A stretch of 35,957 bases of DNA. Source: Hyphochytrium catenoides (lineage: Eukaryota > Protista > Hyphochytriomycota). The notes under the pieces were generated by a model, which saw only the letters and a list, made by a program, of their open reading frames with translations, was not told the origin of the DNA and ran no database searches. This document shows positions 23,993-34,782 of this stretch, in pieces; the first letter of the stretch is position 1; each line of letters starts with the position of its first letter. Both the position numbers and the translations under genes were made by a program. The stretch is taken from the NCBI GenBank assembly GCA_900088475.1, contig FLMG01001713.1:1-35957 (forward strand), in the 5' to 3' direction.

Positions 23993-25453
23993 TCAACAGA
24001 CCATAATGAACTTCCTAGGGTCAAAGCCTGCCTTTCTGGCAGCCTTGCACAGGTTTAGAATACCCTTCCCAGTTCCCCGCGTGTGAGAGATTCCTGGTAT
24101 CTGAAACATGAGGGGATCCGTGCTACTCAGCAATGCGTCCCGTACTTGAACATTGCTCCAGTTAGGGTTATAACTCCAAACTGTAGCTGCAGCCGCAGAC
24201 ACATGAGCTGCGGCAGAGGAGGTGCTTGAGAGGGTCGCGAAGGCCTTTTGAAGGAAGAAGCTGTAGATCCCGCTACCTGGGGCCGTGATATCAACCTCGT
24301 CATTTCTATGCGAAAAGGATGACAGCTTTCTGGTCCAGTCCACAGAACCGACGGAAAGAACAGTAGAATAAGCAGCAGGGTACCAGTAAGGAATTGCTTG
24401 GTCTGCACTACCAGCGGGAGCGACCGTGAGGACACCGTGCACATTGAAGAGCCGGGTGAAGTAAAATCTTTCTGCCTCCGACGCATTATAGCCGCCCACG
24501 TTGGCGTTGATTACCAGTCTTCTACCCTTGACCTGGTTTGCGACAGCCCTGCACCTCTCCGCAGCTCCGATAAGGTCGGACGAGAACGTCCATCTGCAGC
24601 TTGAGCTGCTGTAGACTTGAACATGGAACATGTTGATCCCTGGAGCGACCCCGATACCTCGATAGCCTCCGATAACGCCAGTCGTATGCGTGCCGTATCC
24701 GCACTGGTCCAAACCTAGTCCGATATCTCCACCAATGTTCTTCTGAATCTCTTGGATGCCCGGATGTTCTAGGTCCACTCCCGAGTCAATGACACAGACT
24801 AAAACTTTGGCCCGATTGCCTGAGTTAACAGGCACTACGTGGGCCTTGATAGCGGCAACATTCCATTGAGCAACCTGGAGAGATCGATGACTCTGATTTA
24901 AGAGGCTCTCCGGCGCAGAGGACGGACCCTGTAGATTGGGGTTTACTGTTGAAGCGCTCAGGGCCCTAGTAGGATTTCCAGATTGGTAGCTGACGTGCTC
25001 GCGTACTGAGTCATGCACCACCTTACCAAACTGGCTGAGGCTCTTTATAATAGCTGGGGCCTTCGAGTTTTTTATGTTAAAAGCCTTGATGTTGGCCGCG
25101 TCCAAGCTCGCGACTTCGGTAATATCTCCTTTAAGACTGTTCAGAAGCTTCTGCAATTGAGCACCCTTCGACGCAGTGAGGCCATCGAGGAAGAGCAAGT
25201 AGCGCTGTGCTCTTGCCTGGGCTTCTTGACAGGTGATTCTCTGAGAGGTCCTTGCCATATTGAAGAAGCCCTCTTCAAAGTCTGCTACGAGTCGTTGAAC
25301 ATTGTTTCTGGCAGGAGGCGGCTTAGTGGAGGTTGTGGCTGGGGCATAGGGGCTTTCGGGAGAGCTGTTTGCAGTTACCAAGCTTATTAGCATGGATGGC
25401 AATGTGCATACAGAAAGTGCGGAAAGGACCAAGAAGGACAGATTCGTCTTCAT
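23993..25453 (-). CDS. Secreted subtilisin-like (S8) protein 1, predicted inactive, 486 aa, intronless
   Basis: Signal peptide from MKTNLSF (ATG 25453) and an I9-like prodomain (RYLLFL...). Domain motifs are VCVIDSGVDLEHP, DQCGYGTH (His->Tyr), VAPAGS, YPAAYSTVLSVGSVD, SSFS..NDEVDITAPG and LSSTSSAAAHVSAAAA. Confidence 0.9.
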   Translation of the reverse strand: MKTNLSFLVLSALSVCTLPSMLISLVTANSSPESPYAPATTSTKPPPARNNVQRLVADFEEGFFNMARTSQRITCQEAQARAQRYLLFLDGLTASKGAQLQKLLNSLKGDITEVASLDAANIKAFNIKNSKAPAIIKSLSQFGKVVHDSVREHVSYQSGNPTRALSASTVNPNLQGPSSAPESLLNQSHRSLQVAQWNVAAIKAHVVPVNSGNRAKVLVCVIDSGVDLEHPGIQEIQKNIGGDIGLGLDQCGYGTHTTGVIGGYRGIGVAPGINMFHVQVYSSSSCRWTFSSDLIGAAERCRAVANQVKGRRLVINANVGGYNASEAERFYFTRLFNVHGVLTVAPAGSADQAIPYWYPAAYSTVLSVGSVDWTRKLSSFSHRNDEVDITAPGSGIYSFFLQKAFATLSSTSSAAAHVSAAAATVWSYNPNWSNVQVRDALLSSTDPLMFQIPGISHTRGTGKGILNLCKAARKAGFDPRKFIMVC

Positions 25454-28400
25454 CTTGGATGGCACTGGCACCGCGACTTTGGCGCGGGACAGGAGTAAGC
25501 GGTAAGGGTGGCGCGGGACAGGAGCAAGCGGCAAGGGAAACAAGGGCACGAAGCTGCTGGCGAAAGGAGAGGAATTTGTTGAGTCAGGATGTGTAGCCTA
25601 CTTCTCTCTCACAGGCTGTTGCGCATGTGAGGGTTTCAATGGCATATTTCCTTCTAAAGGTGCCTCTAGAGGTCCCCGGAGATGGATGTCTTTCACCAAA
25701 GTAGTCACACTTTGTAGGTTGCTTCAGGAGGCTACTAGGTCATTGAAGGAATAGAGTGGTTTAAGAACTCTAACTTTGCTGGGTGCCTGCAGGTAATAGG
25801 CTGCGTGACTCCCAGCAGTGAGCCATCAGGCACGATAGGTCAGACATCAAACAGCTTTAACATTCATTAAGTGAGAGATCCGTCAAAAATGGGTCGGGAA
25901 ACAAATTGACGGTGCCTGACCAGCAGCCGCACCTTCTCTGCACTCTGGGTGGAGACAATAGGTTCCATACCCTGCACCGGAAACCCCTGATGAGAGCCTA
26001 GTTAAGACCCACGTACCCGAAGGGTAGGATCTCCCTGTTCTTAGCGATCCATCGTCAGTTTACGAGCCGAACCTGTCTTGGCAGCCACTGTAGTGCTGGA
26101 AGGTGCCATAGGATACGTTTGCTCAGTTACTTCTTCGCACGACGTTTGGAGGCTGTTCTTTGACAGTAGATCGCAGAGATCTTTCTTAGTCGCCCCATAT
26201 TGGGTCACATATACCTCTACGCTGCTGCCATGGTCTTTATAGAATAAGACCACAGGGTAGTAGAACTACCTAGGAGCAAGACCATAGAGCCCTGGATCAG
26301 TAGTATGACTCAGCAACAAAGAGAAGAGAGGCTGATCCGCCCACACTTCTGGTCCGCCCTCTTGACGGTTTATTTCACAGGAGCTGGAACTTCCAAGCGC
26401 CGACTCTGGACTTCGAGTGATCCATTTCTCTCCTTTTGATAGGGACCCTAATCTTCAATCCTTGAAGGAGAGTTGCCCTACTCTATATTCGACTGTTCAA
26501 GCGTAACCAGCAGCTTGGCTAGCATTACCTCTGTAAGATGATGGCGATGATGGAAGGGTCAGGACTCCGGATCCACCGTCACTTTGTTCTGTTCCTAGGG
26601 GGCCCTGGTACAGGTTTGCAGAGCTTGCTGACATGTCTAAGTGCAGTTGAATTTTGGGGTGTCCGAGTAGGAAGTTGAGGATGAATGAAGTCCTTCGCAC
26701 GATCGTTGTTATACTAGTCCTAGCAAATTTTTCAGGGGCTCAGGGGCAATCAGTCCTCAGAGGCATTATTCCTCATCAAAATCAGCGATTCTCAGACTTT
26801 CGGCAGGGAAAACTGCGTATGTTAATCCGGATAATCTAACTCCACTTGGGAAAACAAAGGAGTAGCGCAGCGAAAACATGGTGTGCCGCAGCGTAGAGCA
26901 AGTGGAAGGTAGGAGGAGGTCGCTGGGTCCACTATTCTTCATTGCGTCGTAATCCTTCTCGGTCCTTCTGGCCCCATCCTGATGAAGAAGGCCTCTTATT
27001 GTTTCTCAGTATGGGAGCGGGGCAATGAATGACGAAGACCTTCTTGTACACTTCAAGCTGCTTAGCGAGCGAGCTAATAAACCGTTCGTCATCGTAGCAC
27101 TTGGATAGTACTACATCGACAGGACACTCGGACTACGCCCATAACATGCTCCCAATAACTTCGTCTTGTTTCTCTTAGCCTCGCCCATATTGACTAGAGC
27201 TAGCATGGCTGCCCGACGAGGGCATCAGACCAGACCACGTAATGCCGGTTATACAGCCAGTTTGTAGCAGTAGTCCCATTACCTGTCTCTATCTGTGAGT
27301 TTTTGAATGGCCACGCTTTCTGTTAGTCCCAAGTGTCCATTGATCCCGACCTGGATCAGGATTATAGGACTACACTCTACTTCATGTCCTGGAACCAGTG
27401 CCTGCAGCAGCAGCAGCTGGAAGTTTGGACGCAGCTAGGAAGTTCCTCTCATAGACATTGACCCCCAGCGTCGAACATACGTCCATTCTCCTAGTGGCTT
27501 GCCTTTGAATCCAGCGTCAAACACTATGTATCGAATATCCAAGACTTTCTTGTTGCAGGCAGCCTGATAGGAGAAAACATCGTCCGCCAAGAAGCTCCGA
27601 AGCATTATCACAATCTATCCTGTCACGTCGTCATCTAGGCATGTTCCTCCTGGTCGGCCGTTTCTGGAATGACCTCAGCGCTCTATCACCATGGTGGGGA
27701 AGACTCACCCGGACACGTCTGCTATCATTGATGCACATCGTGGCCATTGATTGACCGGAAGAGTCAGTCCAAAGTTAGGAAGAGAACGCTGTGCTTGTGA
27801 ACTGACTAATACACCCCCTGAAGGATACGGACACACTGCTACTCAAGCGCCACACTCTTCGGCACTCTTCTGCATGTTGTTGGAGCTGGGAGAGCAGGGC
27901 GGTATCGGTGTTGAGCACGACAATACCTGTGCTATGCTCTTTGAGGTTCTACTGACTCGACTTAGCTAGTAAGTGATCGGCTGCCTGCTGAAAGGACTGG
28001 TAAGTGATGGGCGGGCCATATTTCCTGCCGCTATTGTCGCTTGTTATTAGTCTCCCTATGATAAGAATCACCGGGCAGACCACCACCTGGGGGTGGCACT
28101 AAGGCAGTATCTAGCCTAAATTCCCCCATTGCGACAACTATACTAGTAGAAAAGAGACACCACTTTTTCAATCTCTCTCGTCTGTTGCTCGTAGGGTACC
28201 GCTCATTAATCATCATGACAATGCGAGATCATCTGTCTCGCAAAAGACGAAGACCAAGATGAACATAGATAGGTTCTGGGTCATGGTCTGTCCTCGCCGG
28301 GTGTCTTCATTATCAAAAGCACAGCTACTCGAAATAAAAGGGCGTAGCAGAAGGACTGTTTCCTTGTCATCATTGGACCAACTTTCGGATAGTCTCACCT

Positions 28401-29076
28401 TCTTCCCTACTAGCTACGCCTGCTTTAGGGGCTTGCTCGTAAATGATCACCTAGGTAAGTATCGCCATCAAGAGAAGCAATTGCCGCCTTGCCGTGCGCC
28501 GCATTGCGGCTGATTCTAACTCCTCCACGCCTTCAAATGTCGAGTTGAATAATGTCGCTCGATAGCGAAAGATGATTTCCTTATCGCGAGAAGTGACGCG
28601 AAAGCCAACAAGAGGTGTACATACTGGGGCAAGCCTGCTGCCGCCTAGCTCATCTCCGGAACAAGTCGTGTGCCCGACTGGGATCTTGAGCTTCAGTACA
28701 TACCTGCCATGTCGCGACCCGAGTGAAACAGCAAGGTAAGTATTATGGAGGAATTATCCATCGTCAGCAACATAGATGACGTCCGTTCCGCCTTGATTGA
28801 ATATAAGGAAGGGAAGACTGCAGTGACGATTCTTACGCCCGTCTTCCCATGACAATAACTGACGTTCTTTATGAAGCTTTGTACTTTAGAAATAAAAGCG
28901 ACTTGTTAACTCCTAGTCTACCCTATAAATAGAGCAGCTCCCAGCGATCCCAGATCCTATGTCAAGGCTATCACTTGCTGAAGAGGAAGCCGCTATACCA
29001 GAAGAGAGATCGGCAGCACAAAGGACGCCAAGGCTACGCTGCAAATCTTAAAAAACTACTGGGTGCACACTGCCAT

Positions 29077-30983
29077 TTAGAAGCCGCACCATAGCCAAGT
29101 TGGGAGAGCACCCGACTTTTTGGCTGCCTCGCACACGTTGACTAAACCCGCGCCGAAAGTGTTTGAGGGTCCTAAATAAGTGGCCGTGCTCGTCAGTGCA
29201 TCTCTGACTTTAGCACTAGTCCACCCGATGTTATGGCTCCACAGAATAGCAGCCGCCCCCGCCACATGTGGAGTTGCTACGCCTGGACCTGAGATTGTGG
29301 CAAAGGAGTTTGTAGGGGTCGTGGTATAGATTCCGACACCTGGGGCGGCAATATCAATCTGGTCATTCTTTGGAGAGAAAGGCGCTGCTTGATGCATCCA
29401 GTTTATCGCGGCGACGGAGATGACACTGGAATAGCTTGCCGGATACCAAACGGATGTTCCATCTACGTTACTTCCAGCAGTAGCCACGATTAGGACATTC
29501 TTCTTCTCGTAGAGATCCTTAAAGTAGTACTCCTCCAGAGCGTTGAAGTTTCTGCTGACGGCATTGTAGTTGATCACCAGCCTCGAGTTGTTCCTTGCAA
29601 CTGCTGCGGCTCTACATTGCTCAGCAGCGCGGATGAGGTCTGACCCAAAACTCCACTGACAGCTGCCTGAAGAACTATATGCATTGACTTGGTGAATGTA
29701 CACGCCAGGAGCGACTGCTAAGCCTCCAGTTGCTCCAATCACCCCAGTTAGTTGTGTGCCAGAGCCGCAATTGTCGCTCAGGTCTCCAGCTAAAAGCTTT
29801 CGGGAATTGAGAGTGGAAAAGCCGACATGATTACCCTGGGCACCCGTGTCAATAACGCAAATCATAACCTTGCCTGCGTTGAGAGCATTGACCGGGACCT
29901 TGTCTGCCTTTATTTTCAGTACATTCCATTTGGTCCACATAAGCTTGCGGCGGAGCCGCCTAATCCGGTCATCCGCTGGGGATGGTGAAGCTACCTCGAG
30001 GACGGTGGGATGCTTCTCTATGGTAGTTGATGAAGTGACTTGGGAATCATTAGTGGATGGTAAAGTAGAGTTTGTTTCATCACGCTCAAATTCCATCCCT
30101 TGAGCAAGTTTGTCGGTAGATGGTGAAGTACTTTCTGCGGAGGTCGGTGGGGTGGGCTCTGGGGTAGGAGCTGGAGTAGACTCTGGGGTAGGTGCTGGCG
30201 TGGGCTCTGGGGTAGGTGCTGGCGTGGGCTCTGGGGTAGGAGCTGGAGTAGACTCTGAGGTAGGTGCTGGCGTGGGCTCTGGGGTAGGAGCTGGCGTGGG
30301 CTCTGAGGTAGGTACNNNNNNNNNNNNNNNNNNNNNNNNNNNNNNNNNNNNNNNNGAGCTGGCGTGGGCTCTGAGGTAGGTGCTGGCGTGGGCTCAGGAG
30401 TAGGTGCTGGCGTGGGCTCTGGGGTAAGTGCTGGTGTGGGTTCAGGAGTAGGTGCTGGCGTGGGTTCTGGAGTAGGTGCTGGCGTGGGCTCAGGAGTAGG
30501 TGCTGGCGTGGGCTCTGGGGTAGGTGCTGGTGTGGGCTCAGGAGTAGGTGCTGGCGTGGCCTCTGGCGTAGGGGCTGGCGTGGGCTCTGGGGTAGGTGCT
30601 GTGATCGGACCACCATCCCACGTCAACGGAGGAATCTCCTCCGGCAGGGCCAAATTCACAGCGACCTGCTCATATTGGCTGTCATCAACGACGGTTGCTA
30701 CCTCTTTAAGCTGCTTAAGGAAGTTTTGGTCCTTTTTTTTAATCTTGATAGACTTGAACTTGACAGACTTCACGTCAACAACCTCATCGCCCTTGTCCTT
30801 GTTCCGGCCCCTGACTTGATTGTACTTTGCTTCGTCTTTTACCTGAATTAGGAGGCGGTCACGAGCAGGACGTTGTTCTTTCCGCTTCTTTAGAGTGGCG
30901 GCGGTGGCGTTCGACAAGAGAGTGCTCAACGTGATAATTGTTAGTAGCAGAAGGCATAACTTTGAGAAGAGGCTCTTTCCCAT
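29077..30983 (-). CDS. Secreted subtilisin-like (S8) protein 2, predicted inactive, with a long (APTPEPTP)n linker; one gene spanning the N gap 30316-30355
   Basis: Signal peptide [28 protein letters not shown] and prodomain (DRLLIQVK...). After the gap the repeat reads in frame into [13 protein letters not shown] and the S8 domain: [51 protein letters not shown]. Confidence 0.88.
30148..30600 (-). repeat. Coding 24-nt tandem repeat encoding (APTPEPTP)n, at least 17 units
   Basis: The unit GGGGTAGGTGCTGGCGTGGGCTCT (+ strand) occurs about 10 times above and about 7 times below the N gap. Confidence 0.93.
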
Positions 30984-32257
30984 GTTTCCAGCGAGCGCGC
31001 TGGCTGACCAGCTCTGTGTATGAGAAAAACACCCTAAAATGGTCTTCACGTGAGACGAAAGTTGTCAAATTGAAAATGATCGTTCAAGACGGAGGATGGA
31101 TGGCAATCCTCCGACCGTGTGGATCCCCCAAGGAAGAAGACTTCGTACCATAGAAAGAAATGGATGCAGAAGGTAGAACTGCCTATGGATTCTATCAAGC
31201 TTAAATGAAGCATTGCGAGCAACTGGACCCTGTTATTATCGGACAAGATGAGCAACGCATCTCCCGACTCGCTTCCCGACCTCCTTCCTGCCGTCAAATT
31301 TTTATCGGGAGAGAAAGGGAGGACTGAGAACAAAGAGAGAAGCGATATCCCAAAGATTCTCTTGCCCCTTTTTCTAATGCAGGCGTCTGAGCTTTCTCTC
31401 CTTGATCGGCCTCCTCGCTCATCCCACGCTCTAGGTCGAGCCTAGTAGTTCTACCATGACCGACAGGCAAGAATTTCGATCTTAGTTAGTCTTTCCTCAG
31501 TAGAACTCTTGCTAGAAGGACTCTCCGCCACAGACCACCTGGCAGTATGCGTATATATATTCTATTGGGCTCAACGTGACCGACTCCGAAGCACTACCGT
31601 TTATGACCTTCAGGTTAGGTTTTACATTATCTTGTCCCTCTCTCTAACTGGCGGAAGACGACTCCTTTGTACAAATTTTCTCAGCATGCAAGCGTAATAA
31701 GGTAATAATCCTGCTGGTTCTATTTCTTTCATTTTATAATCAGCTGATGATAGTCAAGAGCGAGTGGCAGAGCTCCTGAACCCGTGAGATTTTCAGTGAA
31801 AAAAAGTGTTAGCTCTTGTCTTCTAAGTTCTTCCCGCTCCTCTTCTATTCCTTTTTAACGCCGTCTAAAAAAAAAGAGAGTTTTCTTATCAGGTAAACCC
31901 TGCCTTCTTCTCAGCCCAGCTGCCATCTTCTTGCCTGCATTGCCTTTCCCTATGTTCTTCTTTCTCACAAAGTGGAGACCAAGGTGGAGACATCAAGTGG
32001 TAGAACTACTACTATCAAGCTTCATAGACAGTAAAGGCTTCAGCCGAGAAGTAAAGTCAGACTCTGCAAAGAGCATCATGGAGACGTGTAGAGCTACTAT
32101 TTTGCGCGACTGGATCACTCATAGAGAGAAGGAACTCTCTATTTTGTTCACAAGAAATGTAAGCCCGACTAAGATCCACTGGCTGGTTTCAAGCCGCTGA
32201 CATCTGTTCAAGCAGTCAATAGTTGGGGACACCTAGCACGCGCCATTTAGTTCAACG

Positions 32258-32680
32258 TCAAAAGATTCTCGCTACGCCTGCCACGGCGGCCGTGAGGCCA
32301 TGAGACACCCTTTGGTTCAGACCACTGATGCTGGTGAGCGAGCCTTCCACTGTGCTAAAAATCGGACACAGTGAAGTGGTAGTGGTGTCTGGGAGCATCA
32401 GTATCGTGATCGAGCCACTGCGACCGTGATGGGTCGCTCTGTGTTCAGCACCGCAAAGAGGCGTCCGGCAAAGGTGGCGATACACATTGCTCTCTTGTAG
32501 AGTGGATACACAAAACTTGAGAGCTCTCTCGCAAGCTCTTTTTAACTCTCGCTTCTGTTCTTGGTTGCTTCTTATTGCGATGTACCAAGAGTAGTTATAA
32601 TCCATAGGAGCTGGCAAGAGGAAACTTAGAAGCCTGGCCTTGTTGCATGCAGCAAGCACCCTACGCAAGCACCAAGCTCA
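32258..32680 (-). mobile_element. Possible decayed non-LTR retrotransposon fragment (region C-terminal to the RT core)
   Basis: WCLRRVL...LLSFLLPAPMDYNYSWY...QKRELKRACERALKF...YRHLC resembles the LINE ORF2 pattern L-R-R-L...P-x-L-D-Y...W...L-E-R-x-Q-x-R-A-L-R...Y-x-x-L. No RT core motif was seen. Confidence 0.35.
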
Positions 32681-34782
32681 AAAATGGGCTGGGAATTAAT
32701 ATTAAGAGACAGGGATCCTCAAGCAGTTTTATAGTCAGGGTCTCTCAGCCTGGGCCTCTATTACTAGATCAGGAGCCACGTTGTGAGCATCCTCACAGGT
32801 TGGCAGCTTATCCTCGGAAGTAAGGCGTCTCATCGCTTAATTTGACATCTGAAGCCACGCAGGTAAAGCCAAGCATGCCATTCGAAGTCAAGCTTACGGA
32901 GATGCAGGTTGCGGCTCATCTACGCAGCAGTAGTGTACACAAACAAAGCCGTGATCCCACCAAACACTGCTAACGCCAGTCAAAACCTTCGCGATTGTAG
33001 CCCTATTAGCTAACCCCTGGTCATGCAGTACTACTGAGAATTGGTTTGCGATCACTAGCAGTAGGAGCAAATCCGCCCTGCATCGCACAGATTACTTTCC
33101 ATGTCTTTTAGGTTGGAGGAGGCTGTCCCCAGGGCTTGAGAACAAGAAGTTGAATCAACTTTGTCGAAGCTATCTTTTAGAGGAGCTCGGCGATCTGTGC
33201 CTCTCCCTAACTTGTATGCAAGCCCCCCATTAGCTGAGGTCTCGGGCTTTTGGACGACATCACGCTCTAAAAATAATTCAACTGGATTATCAAGCGGTCA
33301 GACCGTTGTCTTCAGCCAACAGTCCTTTGGCGTTTCGATCCTTTGGCCTCCCGATCCCTGTTTGCCTTGTTGACCGTCGTCCTCAAGCTCAGAACGCAGG
33401 TATTGCGCGGGTCTTCTATTGCTACCCGCGAAGAGCACGATGTAAAACAACTAGACTAGGAAGTTGCAAGACAGGTAGCTAGATAGGCATACGTGTGGCC
33501 TTGGCCAACCAGATGTAGGCTTTAAGGTGGCACTTGCGCTACCTTGTTGAGGGTACAATGATGCTATTATAACCTTGAATGGAGTTCTCCAATTCAGAAC
33601 TGGGTTTCCTTATGGTGTTCCTGCAAGAGCTCTATTATCCTGATCTCCTTCATTCCTTCATTGCTGCTAGGGGGTAGACTACGGCTGATGAATGGAGAAG
33701 GTTATAGTGGAGACTTAGTCGGTTATGTAAGGTGGAGATGGCGAGGTAAGAGACCATAATAATAGACGGTCTCAAATAACAAGCTGCGGTCCCGCCCTGC
33801 TGCCTTGAGAAGATTTGGCAGACATATCTCATCGCGCCAGCTTGTTGGTCTAGTTTCCCTGTCGAGCCCTTTCTATATATCAGTAAGGACTTTGACTAGC
33901 CTGCCAATCTCCCTGAAGTGTCTTCGACAAAGAGTGATTGAGAGCGAAGCTACCGCTCGAAAGGGTTACTACTTATTGACCTCCCAGTGCAACCTCAAAT
34001 CTTCATGGGGGAGTAAGTGCAACCCAATTAACGACAAGAAGAGCTTCTAAAGGAGGTGGAATGAAGACATTTAATAGTAAGATCAGAATGTGAGAAAGGT
34101 GAACGACACACAAGAGCACCATGATGACCAGGTCTTACTAGATACACCCAGGACTCTTCATAGTAGCCTTCACCACATGTCACAGCGAGTTAGTGCTTTG
34201 GCTGAGAAGGCTGCGACGGTGCCATAGAAGAGCACCACTGCTTGCTATCAGGCGGTCAGGCGGTCGACTAACTCAATAGCCACCTTTGGACGCTGTTAAG
34301 TGGTATGCGCCCCGACTCTAAACGACACCGCGGCTTGTGATCCACCTCCTATATATAACTTCAACCAGAGTTGGAAGGTAAAGCAAGCTTCTTCAAGGTG
34401 AGACTTTAGGATTATAGAAGATGACGGCAAAACGACGGTTATTGCCCCCCTAATAATAAGAAAGGCAGAATAACGATGGCTTCTCCTATCTCCACCCAGC
34501 TGACACAGATCTGTGAACTGCTACTCTGCAGCATATGAGGAGCCTGTCAGCATGCAGTCCCAGTTGATAATAGATGAAGGCATAGCCTCTTTATTAGTTC
34601 AATGAAGAAAGATGAAGGCCGGTTATCGTCACAAACTTCGATCATTTGCCTTCCTTTCCTAAGAATATCAGAATAAAATCTTTTCATCGGTCATTCTTGC
34701 GACTTTTTCCATATAATAAGCATCAGGGACCAGAAAATGGGAGCGCCCATTCGCGACTAGGGCAGCAGGTCCCATTACCAGC

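Noticed and set aside
25454-25549. Upstream extensions of ORF-track calls (also 30984-31049 and 14423-14647)
   Set aside because: They begin at non-ATG codons; the downstream ATGs at 25453, 30983 and 14422 each start a clean signal peptide.
30018-30819. Apparent frameshift in S8 gene 2 and overlapping ORFs such as (GVGAGVGS)n and (PQSPRQHL)n
   Set aside because: The frame change coincides with the N gap of arbitrary length; the other ORFs are alternative frames or the antisense of the 24-nt repeat.
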